Of a DNA stretch of 64,000 bases, positions 1-12,800 are shown piece by piece. Within the stretch, counting starts at the first letter, position 1. Each line of letters starts with the position of its first letter. The notes under the pieces were generated by a model, which was given only the letters and a program-made list of their open reading frames with translations, was not told where the DNA came from and ran no database searches. The DNA is from Malacoraja senta (lineage: Eukaryota). Made by a program: the position numbers and the translations under genes. The stretch spans positions 12,712,001 to 12,776,000 of the forward strand of contig CM075991.1 of NCBI GenBank assembly GCA_038087875.1, given 5' to 3'.

Positions 1-63
1 GTAACTCAACGGATTAGACAATATCCCTGGAGAAAAGGAATAGGTGACGTTTCAGGTCCGAAA

Positions 64-512
64 CTGTCATATGCTGAGAGAATGGAGCAGCTGGGCTTGT
101 ACACTCTGGAGTTTAGAAGGATGAGAGGGTATCTCATTGTAACATATAAGATTGTTAAGGGCTTGGACACGCTAGAGGCAGGAAACATGTTCCCGATGTT
201 GGGGGAGTCCAGAACCAGGGGCCACAGTTTAACAATAAGGAGTAAGCCATTTAGAACATAGACGAGGAAACACATTTTCTCACAGAGATTGGTGAATCTG
301 TGGAATTCTCTGCCTCAGAGGGTGGTGGAGGCAGGTTCTCTGGATGCTTTCAAGAGAGAGAGATAGATAGGGCTCTTAAAAATAGCAGAGTCAGGGGATA
401 TGAGGAGAAGGCAGGAATGGGGTAGTGATTGGGGATGATCAGCCATGATCACATTGAATGGCGGTGCTGGCTCGAAGGGCCGAATGGCCTACTCCTGCAC
501 CTATTGTCTATT
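64..512 (+). mobile_element. CR1-clade LINE 3' fragment
   Basis: ORF2 C-terminus (LGLYTLEFRRMRG) plus 3' UTR ending GGCCTACTCCTGCACCTATTGTCTATTG, the same as 5830-6275. Confidence 0.9.
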
Positions 513-659
513 GAAACATCACCTTTTCTCCAGAGATGCTGTCTCGCTGAGTTACACCAGCTTTTTCTGTTTATCTTCGATTTAAACCATCATCTGCAGT
601 TCTTACACGCATACGCACACACCTCTAGTTCTTTTTTTTTTAATTCCCCTACCATGCAT

Positions 660-970
660 AAAAAACTGACCATTCATCCTATCTAGCCCCTCATTATTTT
701 ATACACCTCCATAATATCATCCCAACTCCTGCACTTGAAGGAATAAAGTCCTAGGCTGCCCAACCTCTCTAGTGCAGGCACTCGAGTCCTGACAATATCT
801 TCATAAATCTTCTCTGCAGTATTTCTGGCTTAATGACATCTTTACTAAAGCTGAACACAATGCTCCAAGGCCGGACTCACCAGCATCTTGTACAACTGTA
901 ACGTAACGCTCCCAACGTCTATACAGTTCCCTGACTGATGAAGGCTCACATGCCAAAAGTCTTCGCCACC
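660..970 (-). mobile_element. Old CR1 fragment
   Basis: Degenerate match to the minus-strand CR1 copies at 52500-52900 and 59150-59400. Confidence 0.6.
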
Positions 971-2279
971 CGATCGTTCAGGGAACTATGTACTTCTTGA
1001 ATATGATTCTCCTGATTTTTACTATCCTTAGAACCATGGCTCAGGAAGGAGGCCGACTTACTTCCACTCTGGTTTTGTGGTTTCCGAGGGAATTGATGAG
1101 GCTAATGTAACCACAAATTCCTTCACAAATGCGGAAGCTAGTGCCCTATTCCTCGATCAACATTTCTGCCACACTGAGTTTCTGAACAGGTATTCCAGGT
1201 CAGGGGAGTAAGATTGAGCCAAGACCATCACATCAGTGCACCATGAAGCATTGACCAAAATACAGACAACCTGACCTGACCAGCACGACAGATAGCCAAT
1301 GTTGCGTCTGTGGAGAATAATCAAATAAACGGCAGCTTGGATCCAAGGTAGCGCCCAATCCAGGCCACTCTTAGAAGTGGATCAGCAATCACACATTATA
1401 ATTGCTCCATTCTTTAAATCTCTGCTCCTTCAGCTGTACACTGAATGGCTCGATTGTAATCATGTATTGTCATTCTGCTGACTGGTTAGCACACAACAAA
1501 AACTTTTCACTGTACCTGTGGCAATAAACTAAACACAAACTCAATTCTTCATGAACAACAATGCATCTCACCCTGGTGCATCCATACGGCCAGTGTGGAA
1601 AACCAGTGGCTTGAGGTTACTATCCATTAATTAAGATCAATTGAATGCAGTGACACCAGTCTGAGGCGCATGTATTGCCATCAGACCTCCTACTTGATTA
1701 GAAATAGACAAACATAGAAACTAGTTTACACAATCACAATTCAAGCATAGCGTTAAGTTTTCTACTTAAACATAACCTATTGGGTTTGGATAATTTCCCT
1801 CATTAAAGGATAACCACTGTAAATGTGCTTTTAAATTGAAGAATAACAAGAACATAACAAGAGATACATAATTCTCCAATTATTTTCACCTCCACAGGCA
1901 ACAACATTAGAGGAGTTTTCATTGCCCAATAATTTGTACATTTATGAGTGATAATTTGTATTACCCTGTGTGTGGGTGATATTTATTTAGCAACATATAT
2001 TAACCAGAACTGCTGCTCTTTGATAAAACTATCAACTTAAAAGCAATGCTTCCTAAGAAGAATTCCACCTGGTGAAACAACTGCCTTGTTTGATCCTTTG
2101 AACTTGGTTAGTGATAATATGCCAATACCTCTTAAAGAGGAGATGATCTTTGAAAGCTACTACTGGTGGCCACCATTCCAGAGTTTCGGGAAGGAAGGTG
2201 AAAATCATGCAATCGCATATAAAAGAGTAGGCTGCTAAATTTTAAGATGCAGTCTTCCATATTATCACTGGAATGTCCT

Positions 2280-2798
2280 CAATGCTATGAGGATGCAGGG
2301 TGACATGGACAGGTTGGGTGAGTGGGCAGATGCAGTTTAATGTGGATAAATGTGAGGTTATCCACTTTGGTGGCAAGAACAGAAGACAGATTATCATCTG
2401 AATGGTGTCAAGTTAGGAAAAGGGGAAGTACAACAAGATCTGGGTGTCCTTGTTCATCAGTCACTGAAAGTAAGCATGCAGGTACAGCAGGCAGTGAAGA
2501 AAGCGAATGGCATGTTGGCCTTTATAACAAATTTAACAGACTGGTCATTCATTTCATGAGGAAATCATTTTTTACACAGAGAGTGGTGAATCTGGAATTC
2601 TCTGCCACAGAAGGTAGTTGAGGCCAGTTCATTGGCTATATTTAAGAGTGAGTTAGATGTGGCTAAAGGGATCAGGGGGTATGGAGAGAAGGCAGGGATG
2701 GGATACTGAGTTAGATGATCAGCCATGATCATATCATATGGCGGTGCAGGCTCGAAGGGCCGAATGGCCTACTCCTGCACCTATTTTCTATGTTTCTA
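2280..2798 (+). mobile_element. CR1 3' fragment with internal deletion
   Basis: RT C-terminal region ([12 protein letters not shown]) joined directly to the 3' end and tail. Confidence 0.88.
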
Positions 2799-3074
2799 TT
2801 CCTTCTCCCTGCTGCTGTGAGGCGAAAGGTACAGAAATCTGCACCACCAGACGGAGCAACAACTCCTCACTCTGCACTTTTTTTGTAGATTGACCGGTTG
2901 TGTTACTCCAGTACTTTCTGTCTTGTTTTGTAAACCGGCATCTGCGGTTCTTTGGGGATAAACCAATATTTCTAGTGTTATACGCAGTAGTACCAACATC
3001 TCCCTTTTTCCCTGAACTCATGTTGCCCCCTGGGAGAGTGGACCTTCCCTTGTGCGAGGGGTCACCCTCGGGAG

Positions 3075-3275
3075 TTGGTCCCTCATCCCCTCAATGTCCC
3101 TAAATCCCTCAGCATCGTCCGTCCCGCAGTTCCTCGCTGCCCCTCATCGCCTCAGCGTGCCTCATTCCCTCAGTGTCCTCATTCCCTCAGCATCCACCAG
3201 ACACTCAATGAGCAGCGGTCCCTCATCCCCCCCAATGTCCCTCATCCCCTCAATGTCCTTCAGTCCCTCAACTTC
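3075..3275. repeat. Degenerate C-rich tandem array (about 18 bp unit CCCTCATCCCCTCAATGT)
   Basis: Repeated CCTCATCCCC/CCTCATTCCCTCAG variants. Confidence 0.65.
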
Positions 3276-3329
3276 GGTCAGTGTCCGGTGCTCCGTCAAT
3301 GACCCTTACGTGGATCTTGGACAAGCAGC

Positions 3330-6275
3330 AATCAATGAGAAGTAGGGAGAAGAGCTTATTGGCTGAAACCCGTGGGAAAGGTGAGTAAGTCACAGGGGAA
3401 AAACAGTTTAAAACTGAGGAATTTGGTTTGTAAATTGGTAAATTAGGCAATTATCAGTCAATATAAGCAAGGCTGCTCTAGGGGGGCATGGCAGTGAGGG
3501 AAGTGCATTGTGAGTAAAGTGTGAGTGGCTCGAGAGTCTTCGGCGAGGGGGCTGAGGAGAGGAGGCTATGCAAAAAGCTGGAGAGGACGGGATGCGGTGA
3601 ACACATGACAGATGAGACATGTTTGCAGAATGTGGGAGCCCAGGGACACGGATGAAGCCTCTGGCTGCTACAAATGTGGCAAGTGCGTCCAGCTTCAGCT
3701 CCTGAAGGACCGTGTTGGGGCACTGGAGAAACAGCTGGATGACTTTAGGGCCATCCGGGAATATGAGAGTTTACTGGACAAGACCTACAGTGAGGTTGTT
3801 ATGCCGAGGATACGGGAAGAACAAAGGTGCGTGACTGAGAGAAAGGGTGGTAACCGTGGAGTGCAGGAGACCCAGGTGGCTGTGCCTAATGAAAACGGGT
3901 ATGCCCTCTTTGGAACTGTAGGGGGAGACGATGCTTCCAGTCCGAGCAGCGGACACGTTGGTGGCTCCAATCCTAGAGATGGGACTCGACCGGTGTCGGG
4001 CAGAGCCATAGTGGTGGGTGACTCCATTGTCCGAAGAGCAGACAGGAGATTCTGTAGCAGCAGACGAGACGCGAGGATGGTCTATTGCCTCCTTGGTACC
4101 AGGGTTCAGGATGTCACGAGCCGAATTCAGAACATCCTCGAGAGAAGGTGAACAGCCGGCAGTAGTTGTGCATGTAGACACAAACGACGTCGGGAAGAAG
4201 AAGAAGGAGGTTCTCCAACGTGAGATCAGAGAGTTAGGAAGAAGACTGAAAAGCAGGACTTCTAGGGTGGTTATCTCTGGATTGCTTCCAGTACCTCGTG
4301 CTAGTGAGAGCAACGTAGCAAAGATGAGCGGGAAGCAAAAGGATTGGGTAATGTTTAAAGAGCAACAGAAGATAACTAAAAAAATACAATACGGGGAGAA
4401 AAGATGAGGTACGAAGGTAAGCTAGCCAAGAATATAAAGGAGGACAGTAAAAGCTTCTTTAGGAATGTGAAGAGAAAAAAATTAGTTAAGACCAAAGTTG
4501 GACCCTTGAAGACTGAAAAAAGTGAATTTATTATCGGGAACAAGGAAATGGCAGATGAGTTGAACAGGTACTTTGGATCCGTCTTCACTAAGGAGGACAC
4601 AAACAATCTTCCTGATATAGTAGTGGCCAGAGGATCTGGGGTGATGGAGGAACTGAAGGAAATCCACATTAGGCAGGAAATGGTGTTGGGTAGACTGATG
4701 GGACTGAAGGCTGATAAACCCCAGGGCCTGATGGTCTGCATCCCAGGGTACTTAAGGAAGTGGCTCTAGAAATCGTGGATGCATTGGTGATAATTTTCCA
4801 ATGTTCTATAGACTCGGGATCGGTTCCTGTGGATTGGAGGGCAGCTAATATTATCCCACTTTTTAAGAAAGGCGGGAGAAAACAGGGAATTATAGACCAG
4901 TTAGCCTGACATCGGTGGTGGGGAATATACTGAAGTCAATTATAAAAGATGAAATAGCCGCGCATTTGGATAGCAGTAACGGGCTCAGTCCAAGTCAACA
5001 TGGATTTACAAAGGGGAAATCATGCTTGACTAATCTTCTGGAATTTTTTGTAGATGTAACTAGGAAAATGGACAATGGAGAGCCAGTGGATATAGTGTAC
5101 CTGGACTTTCAGAAAGCATTGATAAGGTCCCACATAGGAGATTAGTGGGCAAAATTAGGGCACATGGTATTGGGGGTGGAGTGCTGACATGGATAGAAAT
5201 TTGGCTGGCAGACAGGAAACAGAGTGGGGATTAACGGGTCCCTTTCAGAATGACAGGCAGTGACTAGTGGCGTACCGCAAGGCTCGGTGCTGGGACCGCA
5301 GCTATTTACAATATACATCAATGATTTGGATGAAGGGATTCAAAGTAACATTAGCAAATTTGCAGATGACATAATGCTGGGTGGCAGTGTGAACTGTGAG
5401 GAGGATGCTATGAGAATGCAGGGTGACTTGGACAGGTTGGGGAGTGGGCAGAAACATGGCAGATGACATTTAATGTGGAGAAATGTGAGGTTATCCACTT
5501 TGGTAGCAAAAACAGGAAGGCAGATTACTATCTAAATGGTGTCGTTGGGAAAAGGGGAAGTACAGCGGGATCTGGGGTCCTTGTTCATCAGTCTATGAAA
5601 GTAAGCATGCAGGTACAGCAGGCAGTGAAGAAAGTGAATGGCATGTTGGCCTTTATAACAAGAGGAGTCGAGTATAGGAGCAAAGAGGTCCTTCTGCAGT
5701 TGTACAGAGCCATAGTGAGACCACACTTGGAGTATTGTGTGCAGTTTTGGTCCCCTAATTTGAGGAAGGACATTCTTGCTATTGAGGGAGTGCAGCGTAG
5801 GTTTACATGGTTAATTCCCGGGATGGCGGGACTGTCATATGCTGAGGATGAAGCAGCTGGGCTTGTACACTCTGGAGTTTAGAAGGATGAGAGGGGATCT
5901 TATTGAAACATATAAGATTGTTAAGGGTTTGGACACGCTGGAGGCAGGAAACATGTTCCAGATGTTGGGGGAGTCCAGAACCAGGGGCCACAGTTTAACA
6001 ATAAGGGGTAAGCCATTTAGAACGGAGACGAGGAAACACGTTTTCTCAGAGAGTTGTGAGTGTGTGGAATTCTCTGCCTCCGAGGGCGGTGGAGGCAGGT
6101 TCTCTGGATGCTTTCGAGAGGGAGCTGGATAGGGCACTGAAAGATAGCAGAGTCGGGGGATATGGGGAAAAGGCAGGAACGGGGTACTGATTGGGGATGA
6201 TCAGCCATGATCACATTGAATGGCAGTGTTGGCTCGAAGGGACGGATGGCCTACTCCTGCACCTATTGTCTATTG
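3330..6275 (+). mobile_element. CR1 LINE with ORF1 (Cys motif, coiled coil, SGNH esterase) and frameshifted RT; endonuclease region missing
   Basis: CGKCVQLQLLKDRVGALEKQL, RAIVVGDSIVR and [10 protein letters not shown] in ORF1; jump at ~4310 into ORF2; [25 protein letters not shown] and KFADD; CR1 tail. 5' boundary approximate. Confidence 0.92.
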
Positions 6276-6874
6276 AAAGGTTATATTGAATCTAATAAAA
6301 ACGCAGACACCATTGTCTTGATTTGTATGCCAGAGGTTTTATTGTATAGTCACCAACAGTAAATGAGGAAGTAGGTAAACACTAGATGACTGATCTAATA
6401 AAAGATTTTAGATGGCAAGTATTTTCATTTTTATTTAGGACTGCAGGGTTTTCATCAATTTTCCCTGCCTCCTTCCTGGTACTGTCACAGAACGTGTCTT
6501 TCAATGTAAATTTGCATGGGGACATGCTTTGGAGGTGTGTGGCGGTTGCCGGTCAAGTGAGAAGAACGATGCTGTCTTGTCAACAGACGCACACACAAGC
6601 AGTTGGTGTTAGTTTGGAAATTCTCGTTGATCACAGAATTTCTCACGACAGAGCGTGAGAATTGCGCGAAATGCATGAGTCTCGTGCTCAATGCGTGCGA
6701 GTCGGCAGCCCTGTTACTAGAGCAAGCCTTCTATGATCTTTGGGTCAGACAGCAACCCTGCAGAACATGGAATATTGACGTCTCGACCTGAAACATCATC
6801 ACCTGTCCATGTTCTCCAGAGATGCTGCCTGACCTGCTGAGTTACTCCAGCACTTGGTGTCCTTTCAGGCTCTA

Positions 6875-7015
6875 TCATAGATACATAGAAAATAGGTGCA
6901 GGAGTAGGCCATTCGGCCCTTCCAGCCTGCACCGCCATTCAATATGATCATGGCTGATCATCCAACTCAGTATCCCGTACCTGCCCTCTCCATACCCCCT
7001 GATCCCTTTAGCCAT
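6875..7015 (-). mobile_element. CR1 3' end (young subfamily)
   Basis: ATAGATACATAGAAAATAGGTGCAGGAGTAGGCC is the reverse complement of the tail at 38650-38708. Confidence 0.9.
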
Positions 7016-8059
7016 ACCCCCTGAGTCCTTTTTTTTCCTTACCGGGTCGGAAGGAACTGCAGATGCTGGTTTAAACCGAAGATGGACATAAAAAGCTGAA
7101 GTAACTCAGCAGGTCAGGCAGCATCTCTGGAGAGAATGAATGGGTTCTTCTTTTGTTCGTGTTTAAAATGATGGCCTTCGGATCCGTTAGATCCTTTTAC
7201 ACCCTGAAGCAAGATTTTGCTGCAACCATCTCAAGTTATTTGCAGTGCCTTACATTTGTTTTTCCAAAGATAACTTTAGATGCATCGATTTTTTAGAACA
7301 ATAGTTCACCTTAGGTTTGTAATCTGGCTTATTTTTCTTCTCTCGAGGCGAATTGATTCCGAGGTTCCAAAAGGCAAGGCATCTTGACGAGAGTAAATCA
7401 GAGGGGCTGTCTAGCTTGATTCCGTTATTTAGTTGAACTGGAGAATATCCCTGAGGGAGATGGTGTTGTAAAACTTGGCGAGGACACAAAGGCCGGCAGC
7501 GCGGCCATGACGGGCCGGGCCCTGGCCTGGCCTGGCCGGGCGGAGAAGCTTCTGGAAGCCGCCCGAGCCGAGCGACGAGCGACGGCCGCGGTAAATCAAT
7601 GCCGCGCTTTTTCACAGCCCCGCTCCTCGACGGTGACTCCGGCAAAGCAGCTCATTTAAAAATTAAAGATGTTTTTTAAAAAGCCGCATGAATTAAAAAC
7701 ACTATTCTGCCCCCCCCCCCCCCCCGTACACTGTAAAGTGGATCCTTTTATATAAATGCCAAGCATTATTTATTCATTCATCTTTACGTGTCACAGAGCC
7801 GCATTTTTTATTTGCAACTTTGGCACACTATATATTTAACGTTTATCCATAATGTACATACAAATATATTTAAATTTATTTGCAGGGATTTCCAGCCGAT
7901 TTAGTGATAAAAATGTAAGGAAATGTCCACTGTACGCAGATTGGTGACGACGTCCCTGTTTTTTTTGTTGTTTAAATTCAATTTTCAATTGGGCAAGGAA
8001 TTGGGATATAGAATAACGGAGGGTTTTAGGCGAGTGAAATGTGCACATTTATGTATTTT

Positions 8060-9040
8060 TGGTTAAAGAGCAGACGCTGGTTACTGCGGGCCGCTGCCCT
8101 CCCCACTCCTCTCCACCCTCCACTCCCCGCCAGCGGGAACGGGGCGTCGTGTCGAGCGCTGGCACCGTTATGCCGCCGTGAGCCCGCCCCCGCGCTGTCT
8201 ACCGCGCCTCATTGGTCAACCTGTCTGTCCATCATCAGCTGCTAGCGAGGCGACTGGTTCAGATGGCCGCCTGTCAGGCCCGGGGGGGCGTGACGTGCAC
8301 CCGGTATATAAGCGGAGCGGGCGGCTGGTCTTTCTCGCGGAATTCACCCGGTCTACGGCGCGGCAATTGTTGATCGGTCGCCACCAGAGGAGAACTTTTA
8401 AGCAAAAAATACAGATGGGCAACCCTCGGCCTCGCGTCTTCTTCGACATCGGGTTTAATAACCAGCCCCAGGGCCGCATCCTTTTCGAGGTGATTGTCCC
8501 CGAGATGTGGGTGCGTGGGTGGGTGGTTGCTAGTGGCCGGATGGCCGCAGGATGTGGGGTGCGGTCATGCGGAGTCGGGCGGCCGCGCCGCCCTCCCTTT
8601 ACCCCCCCCCCCCCCTACTCCGACTAGGGGTGATCCAGGCTGCTGTACCCGCGGTCTGAACATCAATGCTAAGTTTGAATGGACCCGCGTCAATCGGCCG
8701 GCGGGCGGGCGGGAGGGAGCGGGACTCATGGCGCCCCACCGGCGACGGATCGAGGCCCGCGACCGGCCACGTGTCGGGCGGCGTCCCCTGCCGCTCCTTT
8801 CCCACGCCCTCGGCTTGCCGCACCGGTCTAACCACTTGCGGAAAAATAATGCCGTTAGAAAAACAAAAAACGGGCTTTTAAAATAAAAGACGGAGCAGGA
8901 TGATGCTGGCGTTTGGTGATCGGGCGCCCAGGCTGGTGCCCGCCATTTTACAAATGGGTCCGTGCAAATGGCCCGCCGCCACCATGCCCGCTCGCCCGAA
9001 GGCAGGTGCCGCAGCAGCTGTCGAATAAACCGGCGATAAA
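8060..9040 (+). promoter_or_regulatory. CpG island and promoter of the cyclophilin gene
   Basis: GC/CpG-rich. GC box CCCGCCCC ~8183, inverted CCAAT (ATTGG 8211), CRE-like TGACGTG 8291, TATATAAG 8305-8312, pyrimidine tract CTTTCTC ~8330, YY1-like CGCCATTTT 8941 in intron 1. Confidence 0.8.
8415..8489 (+). CDS. PPIA: Cyclophilin coding exon 1
   Basis: ATG 8415, [25 protein letters not shown], donor GAG|GTGATT. Confidence 0.92.
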
Positions 9041-9807
9041 TGCGACCAAAGATATGATGGAATTTCTCTACCCGCTTTAAAAAAAACGCAGTACTGTTAT
9101 TTAACCGACTTTACAGTTCGTGCAAGGCTGTAAATCTGTGTTACCTTAATAACTTTTCTTTTATTTCTACCCATTAGCTAAGGAACGATGTAGTTCCAAA
9201 GACTGCAGGTGAGGATGATATTTATATTTACATATATTTCTATTTTTCTTTAAAAGTGTTCCTGAAGTATGTCTTCAATTGCTTCACTGCGGACGAATGA
9301 TTCTCTTGCCGCAACCTATCCGTGCATGACATCTGCATTTTGCTCGCATGGCTAGGAATTGCTACTCATTGATGCCCTACGTAGGCGGTGAGCTGCTGCT
9401 GCATTGAGGGGCTGTAGGAAATTAACAGTTTTGCGGATTTTTCTATAAATGTGATTATTGTTTTTACGACGGAGTAAAAAAATAAATTAGCTGTTGAAAT
9501 TGGGACAAAATGTTTGGGACATAGACCCATCATTATTTATTTGCCTCTACTGCACATTTTGAGATTTGTAATAGAAAAAAAATCACGTGGTTACTAGAAA
9601 TTACAGCAGTGTTTATACACACAAACACAGTTTTCCCTTCAGCATATAAAAGGCATGCTCAATTGGGTTCAGATTGGGTGATTGACTTGGCCACTCAATA
9701 ATTGATTATTTTTTAGCTTTGTAAAACTCCTTTGTTGCTTTAGCAGTATGTTTGGGATCACAGATGTCCATGGCACTTTATTTTATATATATATGTGTGT
9801 ATATATA

Positions 9808-9838
<31 letters not shown>

Positions 9839-12800
9839 CATCAATAAGTTTTGCAGCTCAAAATAGTTTTTTTGTGTGGGATACATAGATACATAGAAAA
9901 TAGGTGCAGGAGTAGGCCATTCGGCCCTTCGAGCCTGCACTGCCATTCAATATGATCATGGCTGATCATTCAACTCAGTATCCCGTACCTGCCTTCTCTC
10001 CATACCCCCTGATCCCCTTAGCCACAAGGGCCACATCTAACTCCCTCTTAAATATAGCCAATGAACTGGCCTCAACTACCCTCTGTGGCAGAGAGTTCCA
10101 GAGATTCACCACTCTGTGTGAAAAAGTTTTTCCTCATCTCGGTCTTAAAGGATTTCTCCCTTATCCTTAAGCTGTGACCCCTTGTCCTGGACTTCCCCAA
10201 CATCGGGAACAATCTTCCTGCATCTAGCCTGTCCAACCCCATAAGAATTTTGTACGTTTCTATAAGATCCCCTCTCAACCTCCTAAATTCTAGCAAGTAT
10301 AAGCCAAGTCTATCCAGTCTTTCTTCATATGAAAGTCCTGACATCCCAGGAATCAGTCTGGGATGGGGCAATTGCTTTTAAACTATTCTGAATGTAGAGT
10401 TTGGGGCAGATTGAATTAAACTAAAGCATGGTAATATGCATTATAGTATTGTCTGAAATTTAAATCTAAAGCTTGAGTCTGGAAGTGAGGTGCAGTCATT
10501 CAATTGTGTGTCTTGAGGGTGGAAGCTTGCTCATTCTGTTACTTGTCTATTTAAATAGAGAACTTCCGTGTGCTTTGCACCAAACCAAAGGGTGAAGGGT
10601 TTAAGGGATCAGTATTCCACCGAATAATTCCTGATTTTATGTGCCAGGTATGTACAATCCTTTACTAATTGATAACTTTTTTCTTGTACTGAATTCAAGC
10701 ATATTTCTAATTTCAGTATGCTGGGATCTTTTATGTCATTCATCACGTTTTAAACAGTTGGAGCATGTTTATCAAACATCAGAGATATTTAATAAACTAA
10801 AAGCTGGCCTCTTGGGGAGCAGGAGGTGGCAACTTTGTGTAGTTGATGACTTGAACTACGGTGGCTGTCTGGGTTAATGAATTCCAATGGAATGAATATC
10901 TTAAAAATAGGTGTTGCCCTCTTGTAAGTTTCTGCCCAACCATCTTAGCATCTACCCTACCATCTTTTCTAGACTATCCAGTATTTCTCATGAGATTATG
11001 CTGTTGACTCCCAGGCCTCTTCTGTATCCATCCATGGCTGCTTCATATGGGGCAAAATAGTACATGGCATTACGTCAGTAAATGCAGTTATATCAGGTCT
11101 TCCCCATTTTTGTACTATTTATCGTACTAAAGACTGGTATTTTACTTTGCCTTTAATTGCTTGGTAACTTTGTTCCCTGTGGTAGCCAAGAGCCTTCTTT
11201 AAGAAAAAAAACATTATTCTTGGATATCTGTAAATTGACCAATACTTTTCTGATTTGGTGTGCTGTCCTTGACACCACATCTTCACAAAATCTTGTGGTG
11301 TGTGTATGTACGATGTATGCATCCATGTTGACTTGGCTCTTTCATCTGCAGTCCCATAACCATCACTTCCTTAATAAAACTCTCATTTCTTGAAGACATT
11401 TGGTTTACTGCCTTGTGGTTTCCTACTCTGTTTCTAGGGGGCCAACATGTGAATTTGATGCTTTTAATATACTCACAAGGGCTGCTATCATTTCTTGCAG
11501 GTTTCTCTTGCATCTAAAATGTTCCCATTTGTCAATAACAGACTTTTTCACTTTTATAATGCAACAGGTGACCCCATACCATATGACAATCGCCTGTTCC
11601 GTATTTGCAAAGTCTATAGAAGGGCCTTGACCTCAAACGTCATCCATTCCTTCTCTCCAGAGATGCTGCCTGTCCTGCTGTTACTCCAGCATTTTGTGCA
11701 TTTGCTAATTTGAGATATAGAATAAAAGTTTCTCATGGAATTATTGATGGGTTTATTAACCCTTCACACTTTTCATCTCATGTATCTTGATAATGCAGGT
11801 GACATAGCTCTATCTAACAATGAGCTCATTGATGATACGGTTTTCCTTTTGACAGGGATAATAAGGTGAATTGTTGATGTTTTGAGGTTTATTTTGGATG
11901 AGTTGGTTCATTGAGTAAGATCTGGTCAGTTCTTTAATTGGACTTTACCTTGCACTATACATTTATCCTATATCTGCATTGTGGATTGTAATCATGTACA
12001 CTCTTCATTGTGTGCTATTCTGACATGAAAAGCTTTGAAAAAGTACAGGTGACAATAAACTAAACTGGAAAGCAGTTAACTTTGTAGGTCGGTGTAGATT
12101 ACATTGTATTCCAGTAATCAAATAAGATGGTTTCCAGCAGAGTGATCGTGACGTGGTTATGAAGGGTTGAATGGTTGAAGTAGACTTCAGAGATGTGTTG
12201 GCAAATTGAACTGTAGAGTTTGTTTTTGCAGCAAAAAACACTGACCGATCAGATCTCCCATGCACCAGAGCGTTAGTGATGGGCTATGGAGCTGCATTCA
12301 CTTGGAATTATTCCTTGCTGAAAAATGGTGGATCTTTCTGAAGAGTAGAAGGCAGTGATGGCAAGGCTCGTGTGTGCTGTGTATCCAGTGCAATTATATT
12401 GGGGCTACTACTGGTGCTTGTTTCTGAATAGCTCAAATATCAGACTAGTAAGCAAATAATAATACTTCATGTGGAAATAATGGTTTGTGTGTTCAACCAT
12501 GTGTGATAACAAGGTTAACATTTGAGGCTTTGGTTAAGATGCTGGCTGAGAATAAGTTAATTTTTTCTGGGCAGGAATGTTATGGACAAAGCTAGGAGTA
12601 GTGAAATTGAATAGGATAACTAGTACTTGGGAAATGGGGCATAAATTTGTGCGTTGAAGCCATTTTGGGAAGTTGAATCTTGTATAGTTGTCACTCTCCG
12701 AATATTGGGTGGTATAGATGAGTTAGGCCAATTTCTGTGGAGTAAGATTCCATAATGAAGGCAGTTTGAATTATTTAGAATCTTTGTGACAAACGTACAG

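Noticed and set aside
7250..7645. 131-aa minus-strand ORF as a divergent gene
   Set aside because: Non-ATG start, no recognisable family, and no downstream exons found in 1-7250.
9280..9432. Possible H/ACA snoRNA in cyclophilin intron 2 (hairpin potential, ACA near the end)
   Set aside because: No convincing ANANNA H box between two hairpins and no recognised guide; would need an Infernal or snoReport run.
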